From an uncultured Thermoleophilia bacterium (lineage in GTDB: Bacteria > Actinomycetota > Thermoleophilia > UBA2241), in assembly GCA_964440225.1 (NCBI GenBank), contig CAYTRM010000002.1, positions 1-38,960 on the forward strand: a stretch of 38,960 bases of DNA. Direction: 5' to 3'. How positions within the stretch are numbered: position 1 is the stretch's first letter; each line of letters opens with the position of its first letter. Made by a program: the position numbers and the translations under genes. The notes below the pieces were generated by a model. It saw only the letters and a program-made list of their open reading frames with translations, searched no databases and was not told the origin of the DNA. Of this stretch, positions 1 through 8,900 are shown one piece after another.

Positions 1-1
1 G

Positions 2-622
2 CTCAGCGTCGGCGGCGCCACGCAGGTGCCCGCCGCCCTCTTCTACGACTTCGACTACACGGCCCTCGGTCACCTGCACCGCCCGCAGCGCTGCGGGCGC
101 GACACCGTCCGCTACTCCGGCTCGCTGCTCAAGTACTCGTTCGCCGAGCATGCCCACGCGAAGTCGGTGACCGTCCTGGACATCGGCGCGCCCGGCAGCG
201 CCGCCGGCGCCGCGGGCGCCGCCGGCCGCGCGCGCGTCGAGGTGGAAGCCGTGCCGCTCACGCCCCGGCGTGACGTGCGCCGGCTCGAGGGCGCCCTCGC
301 CGACCTCGTCGCCCAGGGGTCCGCCGACCCGCACCGCGACGACTACGTCCAGGCGGCCCTGCTCGACCGCGGCGCCCTGCTCGACCCCATCGGACGACTG
401 CGCGCCGCCTACCCGAACACCCTCTCGATCGAGCGGCCGCTCTACGAGGCGGCCGAGGCCGGCGGCGGGCGGCGGCCACGTCCGGGCAGCGTCGGCGACC
501 TCGAGCTGTTCGGCGCGTTCTTCGACTACGCCACCGGCGAGGCGCTCGACGCGCCGCAGCGCGAGGCGCTGGCGGCCGTGGTCGACAGGCTCGAGCTTCG
601 CCGGCGCGAGGCTCCCGGATGA
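2..622 (+). CDS. sbcD: SbcCD nuclease subunit SbcD, C-terminal part (5' end outside window)
   Basis: The frame is open from the window edge. The translation ...FDYTALGHLHRPQ... carries the last Mre11/SbcD phosphoesterase motif (GHLH). Stop TGA 620-622 overlaps the ATG of the downstream SbcC-like gene (ATGA coupling). Confidence 0.8.
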   Translation, partial: LSVGGATQVPAALFYDFDYTALGHLHRPQRCGRDTVRYSGSLLKYSFAEHAHAKSVTVLDIGAPGSAAGAAGAAGRARVEVEAVPLTPRRDVRRLEGALADLVAQGSADPHRDDYVQAALLDRGALLDPIGRLRAAYPNTLSIERPLYEAAEAGGGRRPRPGSVGDLELFGAFFDYATGEALDAPQREALAAVVDRLELRRREAPG

Positions 623-3246
623 GGCCTCTCGCCGTCACCATGCAGGCCTTCGGCCCCTACGCGGACGTCCAGACGCTGGACTTCGCCGACCTGCGTGGCG
701 CCCGCTTCTTCCTCATCACCGGCCCCACCGGTTCGGGCAAGACCACCGTCCTCGACGCCATGTCGTTCGCCCTCTACGGCGACACCAGCGGCGGCCCGGA
801 GCGCGAGGGAGGCCGCACCGGGGCGGCGATGCGCAGCCACCACGCGGACCCCGGCGCTCTCACGCTCGTCCGCTTCGACTTCTCCATCGGGGGCGACCTC
901 TACCGCGTGGAGCGCATCCCGGAGCAGGAGCGTCCGAGCCATCGGGGCTCCGGGACGACGACACAGAAGCAGGAGGCCACCCTCTGGGCCCTGCGTCCCG
1001 GCCCGGACGGCGCCCGTGACGTCGACGGCGCTCCCCTGGCGACCGGCTGGACCAAGGTGAGCGCGAAGGCCGAGGACGTCCTCGGGTTCCGCGGCGAGCA
1101 GTTCCGGCAGGTCGTGATGCTCCCGCAGGGACGCTTCCAGCAGCTGCTCGAGGCGGACTCAGCCCAGCGAGAGCAGATCCTCCGCGCTCTGTTCGACACG
1201 GGCCACTACGCGGCCATCGAGCTGGCCCTCAAGGACGAAGCCGCCACCCTGCGGCGGGCGGCCGAGAAGGTCGTCACGAGGCGCGACGAGATCCTCCGCC
1301 AGGCGGAGACCGAGAGCGCCGACGACCTGAGCGAGCGCTGCGCCCGTCTCAGCGTGGAGGCCGGCGACGCGGCGCGGCACGCCCTCGTCACCGAGAGCGA
1401 GCGCGACGCGACGCAGAAGGCCCTCGGCGAGGGCCTCGACGCCGCCGCCAGACTGCGCGAGCGCGACGCCGCCCGAGCCCTCCTCAGCGAGCTTGCGGAG
1501 CAGGAGGGCACGATCGAGGAGCGCCGCGCCGAGCTCGACGCGGCGCGGCGGGCCACGACCGTGGCGGATGTCGCGCGCCAGGCGGCGGAGGCGGGGGCGG
1601 CGCTCACGGCTGCTCGCCTTGCCGCGGAGGCCGCGGCGGCGGCTGCCGGCGAGGCGGCCGCCACGCGCGCCGCGGCCGCGGCGGCTCTCGACGTCGAGGT
1701 CTCCCGGACCGGGACTCGAGAACACGCCGCCGCGGAGGTCGCCCGTCTCGAGGCCTTCGTCGCCGGAGCGGCAGCGCTCGCGGAGGCGCGAAGCGCGGTC
1801 ACGGAGGCGACGGCCGTCGCCACCGCGCGCCGTCGCGACGCCGCGGCGGCGGACGCCGCCTGGGCCGCGGCCCGTGACCGGCTCGCGGCGCTCGACGCCC
1901 GATGGCGCGATGCCCAGGCCGGGCTGCTCGCCTCCGGCCTCGCCGACGGCAGTCCTTGCCCCGTCTGCGGGTCACCGGACCATCCCGCGCCGGCCACGCT
2001 TCCCGACTCGGCGCCGTCCGGCGACGAGATCGACGCGGCCCGTGCCGCCCTCGAAGCAGCCACGGGCGCACGCGAGTCGGCCGGGACTGCCGCGTCGCAG
2101 GCGGACGCCGCGCTCGCCCGCGCGGAGGCGCTCGCCACTGCGCGAGCGGAGGGACTCCCGGAGGACCTGTCCGAGCCCACCGCGCTGGCGGCCGCGCTGA
2201 CGTCCGCCGAACGTCACAGCGTTGGACTGCGCGAGGCGTACGAGCGTGCGCAGGCGGCCGAGCGCGACGCCGAGATCGCCGTCTCGCGCCGTGAGGCGGA
2301 GCACGCCGCCGCGGCGGCGACACTCGCCGCCGCCCTCGAGACGTCCGCCGCGGCGGCGACGAGGCTCCGCGAGCGCCTCGACGCCGCCGGCTTCGCCGCC
2401 GAAGCGGATCTCCACGCAGCGCGGCGCGACGCCGTGCTCATCGACCAGTTGGCGCAGCTCGTCGACGGACACGAACGGGCCGCCATCAAGGCCGGAGAGC
2501 GTCTTCGCCTCGCGGAAGAGGCCGCCACCGGCCTGCTGCCGCCGGACGTCCCCGCGCTGGAAGCGGCGGCGACGGCTGCCACCGCCGCCGCACGCGACGC
2601 CCGCGACGCAGCGGCAGCGCTCCAGGCGAGCGCCGAGACGGCCGAACGCCAGTCGGACCGCCTCGGCCAGCTTGCCGACGAGGCGGCCGTCCTCGAGGAG
2701 CGGTACGCCGTCGCCGGCCGCCTCGCCGACGTCGCCAACCGCCGCAACCCCCTCGGCCTGTCGTTCCAGAGCTACGTCCTCGGCGCCTTCCTCGACGACG
2801 TCCTGGTCGCCGCCTCGGAGCGCCTGCGGGAGATGACCAAGAGCCGCTACAGCCTCGAGCGCACCGAGCAGCGCAGCGGCCGCAAGCAGGCGGCCGGACT
2901 CGGACTGCTCGCCTACGACGCCTGGACGGGAGTCTCCAGAGCCGTGACCACCCTCTCGGGAGGCGAGAAGTTCATGGCGGCCCTGGCCCTGGCGCTCGGA
3001 CTCGCCGAGGTCGTCCAGGCGCACGCCGGCGGCATCCGCCTCGAGACGGTGTTCGTCGACGAGGGCTTCGGCTCGCTCGACGACGAGTCGCTGGATCTCG
3101 CGATCGACTCACTGATGAGCCTCAACGAAGGCGGCAGGCTCGTCGGCATCATCTCTCACGTGAGCGAGCTCAGGGAGCGCGTCGACGCGCGCCTCGAGGT
3201 GACCGCCGGCAAGCGCGGCAGCAGCGCGTGCTTCGTCGCGCCCTGA
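619..3246 (+). CDS. sbcC: SbcC/Rad50-family DNA repair ATPase (875 aa)
   Basis: N-terminal Walker A (GPTGSGKTT). Long Ala/Glu/Arg-rich coiled coil with a central zinc-hook CPVCG (SPCPVCGSPDHP). C-terminal ABC signature LSGGEKF and Walker B (FVDEGFGSLD). Translationally coupled to sbcD. Confidence 0.92.
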   Translation: MRPLAVTMQAFGPYADVQTLDFADLRGARFFLITGPTGSGKTTVLDAMSFALYGDTSGGPEREGGRTGAAMRSHHADPGALTLVRFDFSIGGDLYRVERIPEQERPSHRGSGTTTQKQEATLWALRPGPDGARDVDGAPLATGWTKVSAKAEDVLGFRGEQFRQVVMLPQGRFQQLLEADSAQREQILRALFDTGHYAAIELALKDEAATLRRAAEKVVTRRDEILRQAETESADDLSERCARLSVEAGDAARHALVTESERDATQKALGEGLDAAARLRERDAARALLSELAEQEGTIEERRAELDAARRATTVADVARQAAEAGAALTAARLAAEAAAAAAGEAAATRAAAAAALDVEVSRTGTREHAAAEVARLEAFVAGAAALAEARSAVTEATAVATARRRDAAAADAAWAAARDRLAALDARWRDAQAGLLASGLADGSPCPVCGSPDHPAPATLPDSAPSGDEIDAARAALEAATGARESAGTAASQADAALARAEALATARAEGLPEDLSEPTALAAALTSAERHSVGLREAYERAQAAERDAEIAVSRREAEHAAAAATLAAALETSAAAATRLRERLDAAGFAAEADLHAARRDAVLIDQLAQLVDGHERAAIKAGERLRLAEEAATGLLPPDVPALEAAATAATAAARDARDAAAALQASAETAERQSDRLGQLADEAAVLEERYAVAGRLADVANRRNPLGLSFQSYVLGAFLDDVLVAASERLREMTKSRYSLERTEQRSGRKQAAGLGLLAYDAWTGVSRAVTTLSGGEKFMAALALALGLAEVVQAHAGGIRLETVFVDEGFGSLDDESLDLAIDSLMSLNEGGRLVGIISHVSELRERVDARLEVTAGKRGSSACFVAP

Positions 3247-3265
3247 CCGGGGGGATACTGGGACC

Positions 3266-3430
3266 ATGTACGCGCAGCGCAGGAGAATGGCCGTGATCCT
3301 CTTCGTCGTCGCCGTCGTGGCTGTGGCGGCGTTCGCGTTCGGCATCACGCTGTGCATCGACTGGGGCGGCGCGAGCAGCCCGCCGCACTTCTACGACCGG
3401 CCGGCGGCGCTCGCGCTCTCACTTCACTAG
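3266..3430 (+). CDS. Possible small single-pass membrane protein (54 aa)
   Basis: ATG at 3266 and TAG at 3428-3430. The translation MYAQRRRMAVILFVVAVVAVAAFAFGITLCIDWGG... has a basic N-terminus followed by one hydrophobic helix. It is below the ORF-track length cutoff and I recognise no homology. Confidence 0.3.
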   Translation: MYAQRRRMAVILFVVAVVAVAAFAFGITLCIDWGGASSPPHFYDRPAALALSLH

Positions 3431-3806
3431 ACGGCGGGCTCCGGCGCACGCAGCCGATCGGCGCCATCACACGCACCTGGGAGGTCCCGGGAGCACACCC
3501 GTCCAGCCCGACCCGGCCAGGCTGATCGCCGCGCTCGACCTCAGCGTCCCGCCGACCGGCGTCTACGACGCCCCGGACCCCACGGCGTTCGCGCCCCTCG
3601 TCACGCCCGACCCGGAGCAAGGCCACGGCGCCTGCGTCTTCGGGTACTACAGCCACTGGCTCGAGGGCCGGACACTGCTCCTCACCGCCGGCGACTTCGG
3701 CTGCGGCGGCTGCGGCCGCGCCTTCTTCGGCGCGCGGACGCGCTCGCGAGACGCCTACATCGACTTCCTCTGGCGGGATGAAGGCCTCCGCGCGACCCGC
3801 GAGCTC

Positions 3807-4232
3807 ATGGCCGATTGGCTCGACAACGCGCCGACGTACCGGCCCGAGCACGGCAACGTGCTCGTCGGGCCGTTGCGGCCGGAACAGGCCGGGTACCTCA
3901 AGACGGTGACGTTCTGGGTCAACCCCGACCAGCTCAGCGTGCTGCAGCACGGCGCCTACCACCACCACGCCTGGGGCACGCCCGACCCCGTGACCGTCCC
4001 CTTCGGCTCAGGCTGCTCCGAGCTCATCGTGCCCTTCCGCGACCTCTCACTCCCGGAGGCGGTCATCGGGGGGACCGACGTCGCCATGCGCGGCGACATC
4101 CCCGCCGGCCTCCTCGCGTTCACGGTCACGGTCCCGATGTTCGCGCAGCTGTGCGCGCTCGACGCACAGAGCTTCCTCGGCAAAGGCTTTCTGGCTCAGC
4201 TGCGCGAGGCCCGCAGCGGATCCCTCGCCTGA
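3807..4232 (+). CDS. DUF169-like protein; the listed ORF is probably only the C-terminal part of a longer gene (see finding)
   Basis: The ORF-track frame continues open upstream to 3297 and reads protein-like (...GACVFGYYSHWLEGRTLLLTAGDFGCGGCGRAFFG...ELMADWL...). There is no in-frame ATG/GTG/TTG between 3297 and 3806. A GGAGG lies at 3480-3484. The DUF169 assignment comes from overall sequence character and is moderate. Confidence 0.6.
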   Translation: MADWLDNAPTYRPEHGNVLVGPLRPEQAGYLKTVTFWVNPDQLSVLQHGAYHHHAWGTPDPVTVPFGSGCSELIVPFRDLSLPEAVIGGTDVAMRGDIPAGLLAFTVTVPMFAQLCALDAQSFLGKGFLAQLREARSGSLA

Positions 4233-4259
4233 CGCCCGGCGCTCCGCCGGTGCGGGCCA

Positions 4260-5105
4260 CTACTCCGCCGGCGACACCACCCAGGCGGTCGCCGCGTCGA
4301 CGACCCGAAAGCCGTGACGCAGGTACAGCGGCCGGCCGGCTTCGCTCGCCGTGAGGTAGAAGACGCGGGCACCGTCGCCGTGCGCGCGAAGCACGTGCTC
4401 CAGCAGCCGCCCTCCCACCCCCTTGCCCTGCAACTCAGGCAGCGTGGCCATCCCCGAGACGCCGATGACGCCGTCGTCGTCGACGACGCAGACGCAGCCG
4501 ACTGCGGCGCCGTCGAGCCGCACGAGGTACGCGATCAGCGCCGGGTCGCCCAGCAGATCGCGGGTGATGACCCGTCCGTACAGATCGCGAGGAAGGTCGA
4601 AGGCCGCCTCGCTCACGGCGAGGAACTCGGCGAGCCCGACCTCCGTCGTGACCGGCTCGACCCGGCACGAACGGGCGCGGCTGGTCCCATCCGGGGAGAG
4701 CAGTGTCGCGAGCCCCTCGTGCGCCGCCGGCGCAGACTGCGCCGCGTCCCCGCCGGACGACCTCGCCATCAGAGGGATCGGGGGCAACGGCTCCAGGCCG
4801 AGATGGCGAGCCAGAGGCTCGAGCTCGGCCTGGACCCCCTCGCTGAGACACACGTAGCCGCCCACACCCCGGGCGACGATGCGCGCGACGAACTCGCGCA
4901 GGCGCGCCTCGGCCGAATCTTCACCCCCCGGCAGGTCGCCGAAGACCACACCGCAGTTGAGGAAGACGCTGTCGAGACCGCTGCACCCGAGGATGGCGTG
5001 CGAGGCGATCACGCAGTCGGCTCCGGGCGTACGCCCGTAGAACCGGACGATCATCCGGCCCATGCTGCGGTACAGATCATCGACGGAAGGCACGGCCTCG
5101 TGCAC
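4260..5105 (-). CDS. GNAT family N-acetyltransferase (two-lobed, 281 aa)
   Basis: C-terminal acetyl-CoA binding motif ...MATLPELQGKGVGGRLLEHVL...YLTASEAGRPLYLRHGF (Q/RxxGxG/A). Codon usage is consistent with coding. Confidence 0.8.
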   Translation of the reverse strand: MHEAVPSVDDLYRSMGRMIVRFYGRTPGADCVIASHAILGCSGLDSVFLNCGVVFGDLPGGEDSAEARLREFVARIVARGVGGYVCLSEGVQAELEPLARHLGLEPLPPIPLMARSSGGDAAQSAPAAHEGLATLLSPDGTSRARSCRVEPVTTEVGLAEFLAVSEAAFDLPRDLYGRVITRDLLGDPALIAYLVRLDGAAVGCVCVVDDDGVIGVSGMATLPELQGKGVGGRLLEHVLRAHGDGARVFYLTASEAGRPLYLRHGFRVVDAATAWVVSPAE

Positions 5106-5415
5106 GGCGACCCCCTCGGACGCGTGTCGGAAGAGCAGGCCCTTGCTGGTATCATCGGCACCACGAGCGCGGTGAACGAGCCCCCGGGCCGAGCCACACG
5201 TGCGACGCGATGAGCGCCTCGAGCGACCATGGTACTCCGAGCGCCGGCGCGCAGCACGGCGCGCTCGACCGGAGCACCGAGGGAGATGCGATCATGACCA
5301 CACGACCACCGATCCACTGCCCGGCCGCCGGCGAAGAGGCCGTGCATCTCTCCGGCGGCGCCCTGCCGGCGCGCGGAGGCCTTGAGTCGATGTCGATCCC
5401 CGTGCGCCCGTAGCC

Positions 5416-5712
5416 GTGACCTCACGCGAGGCGCTCCGCCGGCTCAACCGCAATCGCGAGAAGCTCCGCACGCACCACGTGCGGCACATCGCGGTGTTCG
5501 GGTCCACGGCCCGCGACCAGGCGACGGCGCAGAGCGACGTCGACCTCCTCGTCGAGTTCGCTCCCGAGGCGCGCGTCGGCCTGTTCGGCTACGTGCGCCT
5601 GCTCGACTTCCTCGGCGACGTCATGGACACGCGCATCGACCTGGCCACGCCCGCCGCGCTGCGCCCCGAGATGCGCGAGCAGATCCTGGCGGAGGCCGTC
5701 CGTGCCTTCTGA
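5416..5712 (+). CDS. mntA: MNT-type nucleotidyltransferase, antitoxin of a HepT/MntA (type VII) TA pair
   Basis: Minimal nucleotidyltransferase motif VFGSTARDQATAQSDVDLLVEF (GSxxR...DxD). It overlaps the downstream DUF86 gene by 11 nt. Confidence 0.85.
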   Translation: MTSREALRRLNRNREKLRTHHVRHIAVFGSTARDQATAQSDVDLLVEFAPEARVGLFGYVRLLDFLGDVMDTRIDLATPAALRPEMREQILAEAVRAF

Positions 5713-6085
5713 ACGGTCGGCCGCGTATCTGGAGCGCCAGGCCAAGCTGCGCTTTCGCGACTGGCGCTTCCGCGTCCGGGACATCCTCGCCGCCCTGGCG
5801 TCGATCGAGACGTACACGGAGGGCATGGACCGCGGCGCCTTCGTCGCCGACCGCCGCACCCGCGACGCGGTCCTCCACAACCTCATGCTGGCCGGGGAGT
5901 CGGTCCGCTGGATCCCGGACGTCATCCTCGAGGCTCACCCGGAGGTGCCCTGGCGCCTCCTGCGAGGTGTGCGCAACGTCGTCGTGCACGAGTACTTCGG
6001 CATCGACGACGCGATCCTGTGGGTCACGGTGCGCGACGACCTGCCGCCCCTCGTCGGAGATCTGGAGGCGATCCTCCGGTCGTGA
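5702..6085 (+). CDS. hepT: HepT-like (DUF86/HEPN) RNase toxin
   Basis: HEPN Rx4HxY motif RNVVVHEYFGIDDAILW. Size and overlap with the upstream MNT gene are typical of this pair. Confidence 0.85.
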   Translation: MPSERSAAYLERQAKLRFRDWRFRVRDILAALASIETYTEGMDRGAFVADRRTRDAVLHNLMLAGESVRWIPDVILEAHPEVPWRLLRGVRNVVVHEYFGIDDAILWVTVRDDLPPLVGDLEAILRS

Positions 6086-6092
6086 CCACGCC

Positions 6093-6132
6093 GAGGGCGG
6101 CGGCGGGCGCTTTCGCGCCCGCCGCCGCCCTC
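6093..6132. terminator. Bidirectional intrinsic-terminator-like hairpin between convergent genes
   Basis: Perfect 18-bp stem GAGGGCGGCGGCGGGCGC / GCGCCCGCCGCCGCCCTC around a TTTC loop. It sits between the hepT stop (6085) and the stop of the minus-strand gene at 6155. Confidence 0.6.
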
Positions 6133-6154
6133 GCCACGCCCTCTGCCACGTTCC

Positions 6155-6769
6155 TCAGTAGAGGATGGGCAGCAGGTCCGTGGAGAAGATCACCTTGGTC
6201 ATGTCGAGGCTCTCGCCGATGACCGACAGGATGGCGTCGTGACCGGCCTGCGTCAGCTTGAACTGCAGGCCGTCGATCTTGTACGCCTTGCCCTTGTGCG
6301 TGATCTTGGGTGCGTGCGTCGACTCCGCCAGCGCGACGCGCAGGTACGGACCTGCGAGCGTCTTGTAGGCGACCGACATCTGGTACTTGGTCTTGCTCAG
6401 AGCGAGGATGCGGATGCCCTCGGCCCGGAAGATCTTGTGACCCGTCTCCGACGCCTCGACGAAGCGTATGGACCCGCGATGCATGAAGGTGCCCTTGCCG
6501 CTCTTGGGAGCGTACGTCCCGCCGCTCTTCATCGGCACGCGGAACCACCAGTACATGTTGCCGGACTTGTTCCACAGCGCCTTCTGCGTGGCCGGCGCGA
6601 ACGCGGCCAGTGTCACGTGCTTGGCGCCGAGCTCGGTGACGTACGCGGCCCCGACCGTGATGTGGGTGCTCCCCTTCTGGACTCCGGCGGCCTGCGCCGG
6701 CACCGCCATCACCAGGACGGCCAGAAGAACGGCCAGACCGGCCAGCGCGAGACGACTCCTCGTTCCCAT
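6155..6769 (-). CDS. Secreted hypothetical protein (204 aa)
   Basis: Signal peptide MGTRSRLALAGLAVLLAVLVMAVPAQA. The mature part is Lys/Thr/Tyr-rich and beta-rich, unlike the Arg/Ala-rich shadow ORFs. I recognise no family. Confidence 0.7.
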   Translation of the reverse strand: MGTRSRLALAGLAVLLAVLVMAVPAQAAGVQKGSTHITVGAAYVTELGAKHVTLAAFAPATQKALWNKSGNMYWWFRVPMKSGGTYAPKSGKGTFMHRGSIRFVEASETGHKIFRAEGIRILALSKTKYQMSVAYKTLAGPYLRVALAESTHAPKITHKGKAYKIDGLQFKLTQAGHDAILSVIGESLDMTKVIFSTDLLPILY

Positions 6770-6901
6770 GTACTGCCTCCCATCGAGTGCCGGCGACCGC
6801 CGACCGGCCGCGAGCTGTTGACTCGTTCACACGACGTGTATCGACACCTGCGCGCGCAGACTGGAGCGCCATACCTGGGTTCGCGTGTACAATCGGCGCT
6901 C

Positions 6902-7903
6902 ATGCAGCAGGCGCGCCCCCAGGAAGAGATCCGGTACGCCGGCCTCGGCGTGCGCTTCGCCGCCGTCCTGGTCGACACGCTCGTGCTCTTCGGCCTGCTG
7001 ATCCTCGCCGCCATGGTGTACATCCTCGTGCTGACGGCGCGAGGCACGATCGACCTCAACGACCCTGCCGCGGTGCAGGCGCTCAGCGCCGACTTCCAGG
7101 TGTCGGACTGGGTGGCGAACGTCGTCGTCTTCGGCGGGCTCTTCGTCTACTACACGGTACTGGAGGCGCTCTTCGGCGCCAGCGTCGGCAAGCTCGTCTT
7201 CCGCATGCGCGTGACCATGGTCGACGGCACCCGGCCCAGCGGCGGCGCCGTGGTCATGCGGAATCTGGTGCGCATCCCCGAGGCGTGGCTTCTGTACGCG
7301 CCGGCCGCCGTCTCCTGCCTCATAGGCCACAAGTGCCAGCGGCTCGGCGACCACGCCGCGCGCACGGTCGTCGTGCGCCGGGCGCCCGTCCGCGCGCACG
7401 GCGCACCGGTCGCTCCCGGCGGCGCCCCACAGCCCGGCCCCGCGCCGGGCGGCGCGATGCCGCTCCCACCGGAGCCGCCTGCGGCGGCGCCAGACGCACG
7501 CACGCCCGCTCCGGCGTCCGGGACCCAACTCGACCTCGCGGACGCCCTGGCCGGCCTCAAGACGGCGGCGCTGGCCACACGAGGCGCGCACGCCAACTAC
7601 CTGCACTTCTCCGAGCGGGAGCTCGAGGCGTCCTCGTCCGGCGCGCCCGACGGCGAGTACGCGCCCGAATACGTCGGCGCCTGGTACACCCTGGCCGACG
7701 CGGTCGAGGAATTGCGGAGAGCCCGCGCGGTCGCGGCTGCCGTCGCGTCGCAGGCCGGCGTCACGCCCGAGAGCGCCGCCGCCGACCGCCCCGACCTCCT
7801 GCACCTGCTCCGCGAGCTCGAGCCGTACGTGACGGCGATCGGCGACGAACAGATCCACGAGGCGTATCTGCTCGTCGCTCGCGGCGGCGGCGCGCAGGCC
7901 TGA
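6902..7903 (+). CDS. RDD family membrane protein with a long Pro/Ala-rich linker and C-terminal soluble domain
   Basis: The internal ATG at 6902 gives MQQARPQEEIRYAGLGVRFAAVLVDTLVLFGLL... (RDD-domain signature) followed by transmembrane helices. The upstream part of ORF 6239..7903 is antisense to the 6155-6769 gene and does not read protein-like. Confidence 0.75.
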   Translation: MQQARPQEEIRYAGLGVRFAAVLVDTLVLFGLLILAAMVYILVLTARGTIDLNDPAAVQALSADFQVSDWVANVVVFGGLFVYYTVLEALFGASVGKLVFRMRVTMVDGTRPSGGAVVMRNLVRIPEAWLLYAPAAVSCLIGHKCQRLGDHAARTVVVRRAPVRAHGAPVAPGGAPQPGPAPGGAMPLPPEPPAAAPDARTPAPASGTQLDLADALAGLKTAALATRGAHANYLHFSERELEASSSGAPDGEYAPEYVGAWYTLADAVEELRRARAVAAAVASQAGVTPESAAADRPDLLHLLRELEPYVTAIGDEQIHEAYLLVARGGGAQA

Positions 7904-7989
7904 CGCGGCGATGGGCGACGCCGTGAGGCGCCGCCCATCCACCAGGGGGGCTTTGTGCACGAGGCCGACCCGCCTCGCCGTCGAGTTGT

Positions 7990-8652
7990 CTACCGCACGA
8001 CCAGGGCCCGCGACACACGTGTCTGCTGCGCCCAGCCGGCCAGGTCCGTGGCCTCCACCGACCACCGGTACGAGCCCGGCCGCAGACGCAACTCGACGCG
8101 GGCGACGTGCCTGCCGGTGCGCACGACGCCGAGGCGCACGCACTTGGTCACGCCTCGCCCGCGGATCACGAGTCGCGCCCTCACCCGCGGCGACTGTGCG
8201 TCCCTGACCTCGTAGCGGAAGCTCGCGACGCTCCCGGAGCGAACGCGCACGCCACGCAGGGCCGCAGTGCTCGGGCCGGCGGCATCGACCGTGATGCCGG
8301 CCCAGACGACGTCGCTGGCGCTGCCGTCGGCGGCGAGGAACCGTACCGCCAGAGCCGTGCGTCCGGAAGCTCCCGAGAGCACCCAGTCCTGAGCCAGACC
8401 GGTGTAGGGCATCGAGTACCACGACGTGCCGTCATCGGAGAACTCGACGGCCGTCACGGTGGCGGAGTCGTTCACGGCATGGTTTGCGACGCGGACGTTG
8501 AGCAGTGGCACGTACCCGAAGCCGGCGCGGTCGATGATGCGCGCCTCCGCGTGCGTCCACGCTGCGTGAGCGCTCGAGGGAGCGAGCAGCAGGAGCGCGC
8601 CGGCGAGGAGCGCAACCATGACACCCGACCCTGCGCCGCGCTTCGTGAGCAT
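7990..8652 (-). CDS. Secreted hypothetical protein, likely two beta-sandwich (Ig-like) domains
   Basis: The internal ATG (cat at 8650-8652) is preceded by GGGAGG. It gives MLTKRGAGSGVMVALLAGALLLLAPSSAHA (signal peptide). The upstream 73 codons of ORF 7990..8871 are Arg-rich and do not read protein-like. Confidence 0.6.
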   Translation of the reverse strand: MLTKRGAGSGVMVALLAGALLLLAPSSAHAAWTHAEARIIDRAGFGYVPLLNVRVANHAVNDSATVTAVEFSDDGTSWYSMPYTGLAQDWVLSGASGRTALAVRFLAADGSASDVVWAGITVDAAGPSTAALRGVRVRSGSVASFRYEVRDAQSPRVRARLVIRGRGVTKCVRLGVVRTGRHVARVELRLRPGSYRWSVEATDLAGWAQQTRVSRALVVR

Positions 8653-8900
8653 CGTCGTGGCCTCCCTGGTGTGCCCGCCTTCGTTCACTGGCATCGGCAG
8701 CGCAGGTTCGGCCACGATGAGGCGTCTTCCTCGTCGAGGCTCGCTCGCACCCCCTTTGCAGAGAGCGTCCCGCCCCATGCGTCCAGGGCGAGCGCCCCGG
8801 CGTTTCTGGGTACTCCGCCGCGAAGGCGCGTCGCAGACGCCTCGCCGGGACCGTTTCCGGGTACGATGCATACAGTCGGGGGCGACCGAGGGGGAAGACG

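Noticed and set aside
1206-3024. Several long minus-strand ORFs (1206-2180, 1972-3024, 2214-2747) inside sbcC
   Set aside because: They are antisense to the Ala/Glu-rich coiled-coil region of SbcC. Such regions generate long open antisense frames, and none has motifs.
5106-5415. 310-bp gap between the GNAT gene and mntA, examined for an ncRNA or small gene (ORFs 5200-5385 and 5210-5413)
   Set aside because: The small ORFs have no RBS and weak coding character. I could not identify a conserved RNA motif or strong secondary structure by eye, so the region is left unannotated.
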